This document shows, piece by piece, positions 1 to 9,097 of a DNA stretch of 64,000 nucleotides. Each line of letters opens with the position of its first letter. Positions within the stretch are counted from its first letter, which is position 1. Under the pieces are notes generated by a model, which searched no databases, had not been told where the DNA came from, and saw nothing but the letters and a program-made list of their open reading frames with translations. The position numbers and the translations under genes were made by a program. Origin of the DNA: an uncultured bacterium (GTDB lineage Bacteria; Omnitrophota; Omnitrophia; Omnitrophales; Aquincolibacteriaceae); assembly GCA_964410905.1 (NCBI GenBank), contig CAYPIR010000006.1, positions 26,052-90,051 on the forward strand, read 5' to 3'.

Positions 1-424
1 CGTTGAGATTATGATTGTTGTTGCGATCATCGGTCTTTTGGCCGCTATCGCGATTCCTAATCTTATGCGTGCTCGAATGAATGCTAATGAAGGCGCTATT
101 AAATCAGATCTTCGCACTGTCAGTTCTGCGGCAGAGAGTTTTCGTGCGGCACAAACCACTCCAGCATATCCAGCCAATCTTGCGGCATTAACAGGGGCGA
201 CACCTCCATATTTGGCGTCTTCCTTTGGTTCTGCAACGCATGGTTTTAACATTACTTTGGTTGGTGGAACAGACGGGTTTGCGGCTGTAGCGGCACGTGT
301 TTCTGCTAATTCTTCAGAACATGATTATTGTGTAGACCAAACAGGCGTTGTTGTCGTCGGTAATCCAGGTACTTTCACCGCAGCAGTAACAGGTTGCGGA
401 GGCGGAACGCCAATCGCAGGCTAA
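1..424 (+). CDS. Type IV pilin / pseudopilin, 5'-truncated by the window edge. The frame is open from nt 2 and reads ...VEIMIVVAIIGLLAAIAIPN.
   Basis: Classic pilin N-terminal hydrophobic helix (E at +5, IAIPN), small size, C-terminal Cys pair. The window begins inside the prepilin leader. Confidence 0.7.
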   Translation, partial: VEIMIVVAIIGLLAAIAIPNLMRARMNANEGAIKSDLRTVSSAAESFRAAQTTPAYPANLAALTGATPPYLASSFGSATHGFNITLVGGTDGFAAVAARVSANSSEHDYCVDQTGVVVVGNPGTFTAAVTGCGGGTPIAG

Positions 425-451
425 AGCCGAAGCGTTTTTTTGCCGAAAAAT

Positions 452-489
452 GCCTGTCTTGCTTAGCGGTGAGACAGGCGTTTTTTTTC
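452..489 (+). terminator. Rho-independent terminator after the pilin gene
   Basis: GC stem gcctgtc...gacaggc followed by a run of 9 T. Confidence 0.55.
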
Positions 490-528
490 TGCTGTTGTTT
501 TCTTTAAAATTTTGATAAAGTTCAATCT

Positions 529-1638
529 ATGACTTCCAATTCCTCCGAAAAATCTGAAAAGAAAATCAGCGAATCAAAGTCGATTCTTGCCAAGTTTCAG
601 TCATTTTTTTCTCCAACAAAAACGTCTCATCGAAAAATAACCACTTGTGATCTGGGACGAATGCGAACCGTTTTGCTGGAACTTGAAAAACGCTCTGACC
701 ATCTTTTTATTCATCAATTTAAAATTATAAAGAACGCCATTCGCGAACAAAAAACTTCATCTGTTTTAGAATCTTTTTTAAATGGAAAAGTTTTTTCCAA
801 TGTCGGCATTCGCGCGTCTCTAAAAGGGCATGCAGTAGTAATTCGTTTCATACGGTTTCCCAAAATGAGTCATGAAGAATTAAAGAGCGCAATGAGCTTT
901 GAAGCGGAGCAGTATATTCCATTTAAATTAAATGAGGTGGCGCTTGATTTTGCGGTCATTGAGAATTCGATAAAGACTTCCGACGGTGAAAAAATGGAGG
1001 TTATGATTGTGGCTATCAAGAAACAAGATCTTGAGCCGACTCTGGAGGTTTTTAGACTGCTTGATGTTAAATTGTCTCTCTTGGACGTTGATATATTGGC
1101 GGCTCTTACCGCGCTAGAATATTTTCATCCGGTTGATTTTTCGCAGCATATAGCATTTTTGGATTTAGGGACGGAACTTTCCACTCTTGGATTCGTTAGG
1201 GATGGGAAACCGCATTTTATCCGAGACATTTCTTATGGGACTTATGATTTGCATAAACGCCTCAAAACAAAGACGGGCATTTCGGATGATGAGTGTGACG
1301 CGATTTTGGAAAACAAAGAAAAACCCTCTGATGAGGCGGCCTCGGCAATAAAAGAAAGTTTAGAAAGTCTTGTAGGGGATTTGAGAATTTCTTTCGATTA
1401 TTATCATGACCAGGCGTTATCTGTCAGTCATCCGCAGCCCATAGGGAAAGTTTTTGTATGCGGAGGCGCAGTTAACGAGCTTATATTAAAAACGCTTGAG
1501 ATGGGGTTAAAAATGCCTGTTAAATCAATGGACGTTTTGGGAAAAATTCAATTTTCTGAACTAGCGGATAGAAACGAATTTGCGGCAAACGCTTCTCTTT
1601 TAACTGTCGCTTTAGGACTTGGGATACGCGAACAATGA
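529..1638 (+). CDS. pilM: Type IV pilus assembly ATPase-fold protein PilM
   Basis: Actin-like fold motifs. EAEQYIPF motif typical of PilM. Position ahead of pilN/O/P/Q, with a 4-nt overlap with the next gene. Confidence 0.7.
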   Translation: MTSNSSEKSEKKISESKSILAKFQSFFSPTKTSHRKITTCDLGRMRTVLLELEKRSDHLFIHQFKIIKNAIREQKTSSVLESFLNGKVFSNVGIRASLKGHAVVIRFIRFPKMSHEELKSAMSFEAEQYIPFKLNEVALDFAVIENSIKTSDGEKMEVMIVAIKKQDLEPTLEVFRLLDVKLSLLDVDILAALTALEYFHPVDFSQHIAFLDLGTELSTLGFVRDGKPHFIRDISYGTYDLHKRLKTKTGISDDECDAILENKEKPSDEAASAIKESLESLVGDLRISFDYYHDQALSVSHPQPIGKVFVCGGAVNELILKTLEMGLKMPVKSMDVLGKIQFSELADRNEFAANASLLTVALGLGIREQ

Positions 1639-2210
1639 TTCATATCAATCTCCTTCCACAAGACCTTAGGCAAAAAGAAATGACTCCGACTACGGTGCGG
1701 TGGGAGCCTTTTGCTATTTTGTTTGCAGTGCTTTTTCTTTTGCTCACGGTGTTTTTTTATTCCGATTATTTAGATGTTCGGGCGGTGCATAAAACAATAC
1801 GCGATGAATGGAAAACAAAATCAGCGGTAATCCCGCAATTGAAGCAACTTGAAAAACGGGTCGGCGTAGAGCTGACTGATGAGAAGATGTTTTTGGAAAA
1901 AAACATTTTGAATACGGAATCTGCAACGCGGCTCTTTTCGCATGTCAGTGAATACCTGCCTGAAAGAGGCTGGTTAACGGAGTTTAGATTTGACCGCGAT
2001 ATAAACAAATCTTTCTTGTCTTTAAAGGGGATAGTGCAATCTCAAAAAAACAAGTCGGAGATTGAACAGTTAGAAATATTTTTGCAAAAATTGAAAAAAA
2101 ATTTACACGGCGACACAAAGACATCTCTTACAACCTCAAAAAGAATGTCAGGAAATTTAAACGAGACAGAGTTTAACGCTAAATTTGAATGGGGAGGGGC
2201 TGACAAATGA
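1635..2210 (+). CDS. pilN: Type IV pilus assembly protein PilN
   Basis: Begins MIHINLLPQDLR (INLLP signature). Single TM segment. Stop overlaps the next start (ATGA). Confidence 0.6.
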   Translation: MIHINLLPQDLRQKEMTPTTVRWEPFAILFAVLFLLLTVFFYSDYLDVRAVHKTIRDEWKTKSAVIPQLKQLEKRVGVELTDEKMFLEKNILNTESATRLFSHVSEYLPERGWLTEFRFDRDINKSFLSLKGIVQSQKNKSEIEQLEIFLQKLKKNLHGDTKTSLTTSKRMSGNLNETEFNAKFEWGGADK

Positions 2211-2836
2211 AGTTGCCAAAAAATCTGCCTGAATTTATGGATGTTTTAAAGTCCATTGATAAAATTGTTTGGGCATATGTTGCGGCGGGAGTGCTCGTTG
2301 TTAATCTACTTGTTGTCTACCTTGTTATTCCGTCTTGGATTGACAGACCGCGATTGCACAATGAAGTTCGTGAAATGAATGGACAAATTCAACAAGCAAA
2401 CGCGCTTGAGCAAAAACGTAAAAGTTGGGAAAAAGACCAGAAGATTTTTGAGGACTTTGTGGCTGATGCTAAGTCGCGGCTTTTCAAGGTTGATGAGACA
2501 ACTCTTTTATTGAGTCAGATTGCTAAAATGGCAAGCCTTGCTCGCATTGAGGTTTTGTCTTCAAAACCGCTTGATGAAAAAATGGTTTTACCCGCGCCTT
2601 ATAATCAAAAATATCAACCTGCCGGCTATCAAATTGCCGTTCAAGGCGGCTATCATGAGATCGGAAATTTTGTAAGCAGAATAGAAAACAATGATAAATT
2701 ATTGCGCGTGCAGAGCGTGCAAATTGAAGCGGATAAAAAATCGGAGGGGAAGTCTATTGCCGAATTAAAAATATGGGCGATTTTAGAAGGACAACCCGCG
2801 GCTGCTGCAAAAGGAGCGAAAAATGGAAGCAAGTAG
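2207..2836 (+). CDS. pilO: Type IV pilus assembly protein PilO-like
   Basis: N-terminal TM, coiled-coil region, operon position between pilN and pilP/pilQ. Confidence 0.5.
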   Translation: MKLPKNLPEFMDVLKSIDKIVWAYVAAGVLVVNLLVVYLVIPSWIDRPRLHNEVREMNGQIQQANALEQKRKSWEKDQKIFEDFVADAKSRLFKVDETTLLLSQIAKMASLARIEVLSSKPLDEKMVLPAPYNQKYQPAGYQIAVQGGYHEIGNFVSRIENNDKLLRVQSVQIEADKKSEGKSIAELKIWAILEGQPAAAAKGAKNGSK

Positions 2837-3176
2837 AGCATCTTTAAGAATGGTTCTTTTTGTTGGGACATTTTTGTGGGTAGGGGTTTTTGCTGTTATT
2901 GCTTCAGAAGTTGTTTATGAGGCTGGAAAAAGACGGGATCCATTTGTTCCATTGGCGGACGAAGCCGGCGCTGAGCAGGCTGTAAGCGGGGGGGCTAAAC
3001 TCGAAGGGATTATTTATGATCCTTCTGGAAAATCCATTGCGGTTTTGAGTGGAAAAACATACATGGAAGGCGACAGCGTTGGGGACGCGAAGGTGCTTGA
3101 GATTTTTAAAGACCGTGTTGTTCTTGGAGTTGATAACGAAAGAAAAGAACTAAAATTGAGAAAAACAGATATTTAG
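2823..3176 (+). CDS. PilP-like small periplasmic pilus assembly protein
   Basis: Small protein with one hydrophobic anchor between the PilO-like gene and the secretin. Assignment is by synteny only. Confidence 0.35.
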   Translation: MEASRASLRMVLFVGTFLWVGVFAVIASEVVYEAGKRRDPFVPLADEAGAEQAVSGGAKLEGIIYDPSGKSIAVLSGKTYMEGDSVGDAKVLEIFKDRVVLGVDNERKELKLRKTDI

Positions 3177-3294
3177 CGCTGCCCGTCTTGTTTTATTAGA
3201 CAAAAAAATTTTAAATTGATTCTAAAAAATGTCGTTAATTTAGTAGCCTAGAAAATTTTTCTCTGTGTTATGATACTCGGACTGGAGATATTAA

Positions 3295-4893
3295 ATGATT
3301 GCATTGATTAAAAAAAGTTGCTTTGTGCTTTTTTCTTTAAGTTTTTTCATCGTGGGGAATTTTGCTTTTGCAGAAGACAGCGCTGCTTTAAACGAAATTG
3401 TTTTGGATGAAACTTCTCCCCAGGTTGCCGCAGAGAATGACAAGAAATTGCCCGCCGATAAAATGAATGATGATACGATAAGCCTTGATTTTAAAGACGC
3501 GGACATTAATACGGTTTTGCGCGTTTTGAGTATAAAGAGCGGAATGAATATAGTTACTGGCCCTGAGGTCGGCGGGCTTGTAACAGTTCGGCTGGATAAT
3601 GTCCCTTGGGAAAAAGCGCTGGATGTGATTTTGCGCACCTATGATTATGTTTTTGAAAGAGACGAGAATATTATCCGCATCACGACTCGCGACAAGATGG
3701 AACTTGAGCCCGTTGATACGAAAACATTTATTTTGAATTATTCAAAGGCAAATGAAATTCAATCGGCAGTTCAAGATATTTTGACCGAGCGTGGGAAGAT
3801 TAAGGTGGCACAGCGAACAAATATGGTTGTCGTGACGGATATTCCGACCAATCTCTACAAGATTGGCGAAATCATCGCTAGACTCGATCAACTTACGCCG
3901 CAGGCCTATATTGATTCGAAAATTATAAAAACTGGCACGTCAGTTGTAGAAAATATGGGTATTAAGTGGAACCCTACTGTAACTTTAACAGGTTCCAGCC
4001 GACCAACGACTTTTCCTTTTACGAACGATGACAAAAGCGCAAGTGGCTGGAGAAGCTTTTTTCCACAACTATCAGACGCTGGAGGCTCGACCACGACAAC
4101 GTCCACCGCTTCGACCAATCCATCAAGGTCTAGCGCATTTCCGCTTGCGCCGGTGAACACTAATGATGCGACATTTAATTATGGGACACTTGATTTCTCT
4201 AGTTTTTCCGCGACACTTCAAATGCTCAGGCAATCTTCGACAACAAAAATGATTTCTAATCCGCGAGTTGTCGTGCTTAACAATCAAACGGCGCATATTC
4301 AAGTCGGACAGGATTTTCCAATTCCTAAGTTTGAACGTAACGAGACAACGGGAAGTATGGTTGTGTCGGGTTACGATTATCGTCAGCTGGGAGTTGTATT
4401 GAATGTAACTCCGCATATTAATTCCGCGGCGGAAATTTTGGTAGACCTAAAGCCAGAAATTAGCAGTCAGGGAGGGATGGTTGATTTTATAGCGGGGCAG
4501 CTTTCGGCTCCGTCTTTTACGGTAACGAATGCTGAAACACAAGTTTTAATCGCGAGTGGACAGACCATCGCGATTGGCGGGCTTATGACTGATGAATTTG
4601 GTATGGAAGAAGCAAAAGTGCCTTATTTGTCTGACATTCCTTTACTTGGAAAACTTTTTCGCTCTAAACGTCAGGAGACAGGAAATAATAGCAAAGTTGA
4701 AACTCTCTTTTTTGTAACAGTTACGATGGTAGACTCGCAAGGACAACCTGCGGTCAGCAAAGTTGATGGGGACAATAATCCTCAACAAACCAAAGAAAAT
4801 TTGACTTCGCGCGATACGGCTGAAACGGGTGCCGGCGGGTCAACACAAACAACAGAAACGCAAGCGATACCTAATGATGCAGACAAAGTTTAA
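3295..4893 (+). CDS. pilQ: Type IV pilus/T2SS secretin (PilQ/GspD family) with an S/T-rich insertion and a low-complexity C-terminal tail
   Basis: Signal peptide. Secretin C-domain motifs (ISNPRVVVLNNQTAHIQVGQ..., VLIASGQTIAIGGL, PYLSDIPLLGKLF). S/T-rich segment around aa 230-320. Confidence 0.8.
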   Translation: MIALIKKSCFVLFSLSFFIVGNFAFAEDSAALNEIVLDETSPQVAAENDKKLPADKMNDDTISLDFKDADINTVLRVLSIKSGMNIVTGPEVGGLVTVRLDNVPWEKALDVILRTYDYVFERDENIIRITTRDKMELEPVDTKTFILNYSKANEIQSAVQDILTERGKIKVAQRTNMVVVTDIPTNLYKIGEIIARLDQLTPQAYIDSKIIKTGTSVVENMGIKWNPTVTLTGSSRPTTFPFTNDDKSASGWRSFFPQLSDAGGSTTTTSTASTNPSRSSAFPLAPVNTNDATFNYGTLDFSSFSATLQMLRQSSTTKMISNPRVVVLNNQTAHIQVGQDFPIPKFERNETTGSMVVSGYDYRQLGVVLNVTPHINSAAEILVDLKPEISSQGGMVDFIAGQLSAPSFTVTNAETQVLIASGQTIAIGGLMTDEFGMEEAKVPYLSDIPLLGKLFRSKRQETGNNSKVETLFFVTVTMVDSQGQPAVSKVDGDNNPQQTKENLTSRDTAETGAGGSTQTTETQAIPNDADKV

Positions 4894-5069
4894 ATGGATT
4901 TGTTCTTTAAGTTTTGATGCGAAACGCTAAGTCGGCATTCTGTCGTTTTTTATATTGGCTTTAAATTTTTCTTGATTTGCTTACCGCAATGTTCCTTCCT
5001 TTCTCCATCCTCAAAAATCTGCCCTTTAGGGCAAAACAAACACGAAAGAACTGAAAGGATGTTGGATTT

Positions 5070-6809
5070 ATGGAACGGAAGATTTTAATTTCTCAAGATG
5101 CGAACGAAAAACAGGTGGCAATTTTAGAGGACGGCCGCCTTGAAGAATTTTATATTGAACGCGGGGACTCTAAAAAACTTTTTGGAAATATTTACGAAGG
5201 CGTGGTCAAAACGGTTATCCCCGGAATAGACGCTGCTTTTGTTGATATTGGAACGGGTAAAGACGGGTTTCTTTATGTCGGAGACGCGCTTCGTTCTCCT
5301 TTGGATTTGGACGCCGAATATGATGACGGGGAAGATCGAAAGACGGAAGTGTTCTCTGCTGAAATAAAGACCGAACCGCAAATAACCATTTCCAATACAG
5401 AGAAGCATGATTTTCATCAATCGGAACCGCCGGCAACAGAGCACCTTACGACTGAGTCAGGCGCGGAAGTTATTGTGCAAACAAACGGCGATTCGGCGCA
5501 GCAGCAAGGACAGGGGAAATCCCGCTTCCGTGGCGGGCGCGGCAAAACCGGAGGGAAATTCCATCGTGGACAAAATCATCAGCATCATCATGCTCGGCGG
5601 CCGCGAATTGAAGAAGTTCTAAAAGTTGGGCAAAAGGTAATTGTTCAAGTCGTAAAAGAGCCGCTTGGCAATAAAGGTCCAAGACTTACCACGCAATTTT
5701 CCATTCCCGCGCGTTATCTCGTTATGATGCCGGGCGAATCTAAAATTGGTATTTCTCGCCGCGTAGAAAGCCGCGCTGAACGCGATCGTATTCGAGGGAT
5801 TTTTAAAAATCTTGAAATTCCAAAGGGTGTTGGTTTTATTGTTCGCACAAACGCGGAGGGTAAAAGCGATGCTGAATTTAATCGTGATATCCGCTACCTT
5901 TTGAGACTTTGGAAGAAAATACACGGAATGATATCCGCGAAAAAAGCGCCGGTTATGATTCATCAGGAACTTGGTCTTGTCGAGCGAGTTGTCCGCGATT
6001 ATGTGAACGAAGACACTTCAAAAATCGTAGTCGATCACCTTGATATTTTCAAGAAGCTCAAGCGTTTTACCTCCGTTTATATGCCGGGGCAAAAACTTAA
6101 CATAGAGTTTTCTAAGGAAAAGGGAAGCCTTTTTGAGCGGCACGGTATCGAAAAAGAAATTGAGCGGACTTTTCAAAAAAATGTTTATCTCAAATCAGGC
6201 GGATACCTTGTTATTGAACAGACTGAAGCGCTGGTTGTCATAGATGTTAACACGGGAAAGTTCACTGGGAACAGCAAAGGGCTGGAAGAGACGGTCTATA
6301 AAAATAATGTTGAGGCGGCGCACGAAATCGCGCGGCAGCTCAGGCTTCGCGATGTCGGCGGAATAGTTGTAATCGATTTTATTGATATGGAACAGCATCA
6401 CCATCGCCGAAGTTTGTTCAATGTTTTTAAAGAAGCGGTGAGCAAAGACAGAGCCAAAACTCATATTGTTCAGGTCTCAGAACTTGGGCTTATTCAAATG
6501 ACGCGGCAACGTATGCGTCCATCGCTTGAAAGCGCGGTTTATGATACTTGCCCATATTGCGAAGGAAAAGGAAACATCAAATCGACAGCGACTATGGCGA
6601 TACAAGTGATTCGAGAACTAAAAAAATCTTTGAAAGACACGCGCGGACGAATTTTGAATGTTTATGTTCACCCTGAAGTAGCTGAAAGATTGCTGCAGCA
6701 AGAAAAAAAATCGTTGGGATTTTTAGAGAAAAATACGAACAGCAAAATCTCAGTTTATTCTGAGCCGTCATCGCACAGAGAAGACATAAACATTACATTT
6801 GTAAAATGA
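5070..6809 (+). CDS. rng: Ribonuclease E/G family endoribonuclease with an insertion of about 110 aa splitting the S1 domain
   Basis: S1-domain start, DVNTGKFTG catalytic motif, Zn-link CPYCEGKG. Inserted Gln/Gly/Arg/His-rich segment (QQQGQGKSRFRGGRGKTGGKFHRGQNHQHHHARRPR). Confidence 0.8.
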   Translation: MERKILISQDANEKQVAILEDGRLEEFYIERGDSKKLFGNIYEGVVKTVIPGIDAAFVDIGTGKDGFLYVGDALRSPLDLDAEYDDGEDRKTEVFSAEIKTEPQITISNTEKHDFHQSEPPATEHLTTESGAEVIVQTNGDSAQQQGQGKSRFRGGRGKTGGKFHRGQNHQHHHARRPRIEEVLKVGQKVIVQVVKEPLGNKGPRLTTQFSIPARYLVMMPGESKIGISRRVESRAERDRIRGIFKNLEIPKGVGFIVRTNAEGKSDAEFNRDIRYLLRLWKKIHGMISAKKAPVMIHQELGLVERVVRDYVNEDTSKIVVDHLDIFKKLKRFTSVYMPGQKLNIEFSKEKGSLFERHGIEKEIERTFQKNVYLKSGGYLVIEQTEALVVIDVNTGKFTGNSKGLEETVYKNNVEAAHEIARQLRLRDVGGIVVIDFIDMEQHHHRRSLFNVFKEAVSKDRAKTHIVQVSELGLIQMTRQRMRPSLESAVYDTCPYCEGKGNIKSTATMAIQVIRELKKSLKDTRGRILNVYVHPEVAERLLQQEKKSLGFLEKNTNSKISVYSEPSSHREDINITFVK

Positions 6810-6833
6810 CAAACACAATATAGAAAGAAAGCA

Positions 6834-7382
6834 ATGGCGCGGCGAAAGAAGACAAATTGGATTAAACTCCTTAAAAAAATCGGCAAAGTTTTATTTGGCG
6901 AGGATTCGAAATCCTCACGCTCGGTCCGTAAATCTTCTCGTAAGACTGCAAAATCTGTTGCTCGGCGGAAAAGCGAGCCTAAACGAAAGCCGGTTCCTAA
7001 AAAAACTGTAAAGAAGATTAAACCTAAAGTTTCAAAGCCTATAAAAAAGGCGGCGAAAAAAAGTATAAAAAATAAAAGCGCCGGCAAAAAAACTTTGCGC
7101 AAGCGGCAGCCTAAAATAATAAAAGAGGCTCTGGCAATACTTCCGGTTGCCGAAGTAACGCATTATTTCTCGAATGTTGATGTCGCAGTTTTAAAAATCA
7201 AATCCGGCGATATTCGCGTCGGCGACAAAATTCATTTCAAAGGACATACTACCAATTTTACACAGGAAGTTTTGTCTATGCAGATTAACCATAAGCCTGT
7301 TTTGATTGCTCAGAAGGGCGACGATTTAGGGCTTAAGGTGAAATCTCGCGTTCGTGCTGGAGATTTAGTTACAAAACTATGA
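6834..7382 (+). CDS. Lysine-rich histone H1-like basic protein fused to a C-terminal small beta-barrel domain
   Basis: About 95 aa of KKxAKK-type repeats, then an about 85-aa domain with GD-x-V beta-barrel-like patterns. Confidence 0.5.
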   Translation: MARRKKTNWIKLLKKIGKVLFGEDSKSSRSVRKSSRKTAKSVARRKSEPKRKPVPKKTVKKIKPKVSKPIKKAAKKSIKNKSAGKKTLRKRQPKIIKEALAILPVAEVTHYFSNVDVAVLKIKSGDIRVGDKIHFKGHTTNFTQEVLSMQINHKPVLIAQKGDDLGLKVKSRVRAGDLVTKL

Positions 7383-7386
7383 GAGG

Positions 7387-7716
7387 TTGAAAATGACTTC
7401 GCAACATTATCTTCGCACATATCGGGCGTTTCAGCTTGATGAGGTAACAAAACATTTGATAGTCGTAGGCGACTTAAGCGGTAACTGCGCCTCCTGCAAC
7501 GCGCTTGGAATAGATGTTTATAAAACGCCCATCTGCCCAGAATGCGGGACGCCATTTAAGTATATTGCGAGCCGCAGACTAGAAACTCACCCTTCGGAAC
7601 GATTTCAATTCGCGAAGCGAATCGCCGAGTCCCGACCTGATTTGATTCTCATTGATTATCAAGATTATCAAAAAGCCGTGGGCAACAAAACGGCTAGGGA
7701 TTTTTTTAATTTATGA
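7387..7716 (+). CDS. Zinc-ribbon hypothetical protein
   Basis: CASC...CPEC four-Cys ribbon. 4-nt overlap with the downstream cca gene suggests co-translation. Confidence 0.35.
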   Translation: MKMTSQHYLRTYRAFQLDEVTKHLIVVGDLSGNCASCNALGIDVYKTPICPECGTPFKYIASRRLETHPSERFQFAKRIAESRPDLILIDYQDYQKAVGNKTARDFFNL

Positions 7717-9035
7717 AATTAAACTCTCCTAAAGCGCAAGCTGCCTGTCAGATAATAAAGACTCTAAATGAAAATAATTTCGTCGCGTATTTCGCGGGCG
7801 GCTCCGTTAGAGATTCGTTAATGGGAAAAACCCCGAATGATTTTGACATCGCGACAACTGCCACGCCTGAGAAAATAGAAAAAATTTTTCCGAAGACAAT
7901 ACCAGTAGGAAAACAATTCGGCGTAATGATAGTTCTTATCGGCGAGGACGCTTTTGAAGTCGCCTCGTTCCGTTGTGAAGGCGGGTATCAAGACGGACGA
8001 CATCCCACGAAAATTTCTTTCACGGAACCAAAAGAAGATGCTCTTCGCCGAGATTTTACGGTCAACGGGATGTTTTTTGATCCAATTAAAATGGAATATA
8101 TTGATTTTGTCGGCGGAGCAGAAGATATAGACAAAAAAGTAATTAGAGCGATAGGAAACCCTGATGAGAGATTTGAAGAAGATAAACTCAGGCTTTTGCG
8201 GGCCGTTCGCTTTGCCTCAACGCTAGGATTTGAAATCGAAAAACAGACTTGGCTGGCGATAAAACGAAAGGCAAAACAGATTGAAGCGGTTAGCCCTGAA
8301 AGGATACGAGAAGAACTTGTTAAGATTTTTACTCGTTCAGGAGCCGCGCGGGGAATGCGGCTTTTATCCGAGTCGGGACTATTGGCGGAAATTTTGCCCG
8401 AAATCGAAAAGATGAAAGGTGTCGAACAGCCGCTGCAATTTCATCCTGAAGGCGATGTTTATAATCACACATTACTGCTGCTTGAAAATTTTCGCGAGCC
8501 TGTTTCAACGACGCTCGCGTTTGCGGCTCTTTTTCACGATATTGGAAAACCTGATACGCTTGTTGTCCGGGATGGAAAGCAAACTTTTTACGAGCATGCC
8601 GAAAAAGGCGCGGAGATGGCGCGCGATATTATGAAACGGCTTCGGTTCTCCAACGCTGAAATTGAAGCGGTTTCTGAATGTGTTTTGAACCATATGAAAT
8701 TCATACACGTTAAGCAAATGCGGCCGGGAAAGTTAAAGCAATTTATGAGCAGACAGACATTCGCGGATGAGCTCGAATTACATAGACTTGATTGTGTCTC
8801 ATGCCACGGCATGCTTGATAACTATAATTTTTTGACTGAGAAATTAAAGAACTTCACAAAAGATGAGATTAAACCGAAACCGATTATAAATGGCGATGAT
8901 TTAATCGCGCTTGGAGTCAAGCCCGGACCGGAAATGAAACCAATTTTGGAAGAGGCTTTTATTCTGCAATTAGAAGGGAAGTTTGAAGATAGAGAAGCCG
9001 CGTTAAAATGGCTGAAAGAATATATTGAGAAATGA
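7713..9035 (+). CDS. cca: CCA-adding tRNA nucleotidyltransferase (head domain plus HD domain)
   Basis: GGSVRDSLMGKTPNDFDIATTATPE nucleotidyltransferase motif, RLLRAVRFA, HD motif HDIGKP. Confidence 0.75.
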   Translation: MKLNSPKAQAACQIIKTLNENNFVAYFAGGSVRDSLMGKTPNDFDIATTATPEKIEKIFPKTIPVGKQFGVMIVLIGEDAFEVASFRCEGGYQDGRHPTKISFTEPKEDALRRDFTVNGMFFDPIKMEYIDFVGGAEDIDKKVIRAIGNPDERFEEDKLRLLRAVRFASTLGFEIEKQTWLAIKRKAKQIEAVSPERIREELVKIFTRSGAARGMRLLSESGLLAEILPEIEKMKGVEQPLQFHPEGDVYNHTLLLLENFREPVSTTLAFAALFHDIGKPDTLVVRDGKQTFYEHAEKGAEMARDIMKRLRFSNAEIEAVSECVLNHMKFIHVKQMRPGKLKQFMSRQTFADELELHRLDCVSCHGMLDNYNFLTEKLKNFTKDEIKPKPIINGDDLIALGVKPGPEMKPILEEAFILQLEGKFEDREAALKWLKEYIEK

Positions 9036-9097
9036 TCACTAAGCAAAGTATCGCAACTAAGCCTGCGTTTTTGCAAGGCAGTTAAAGGTGGTAATTT

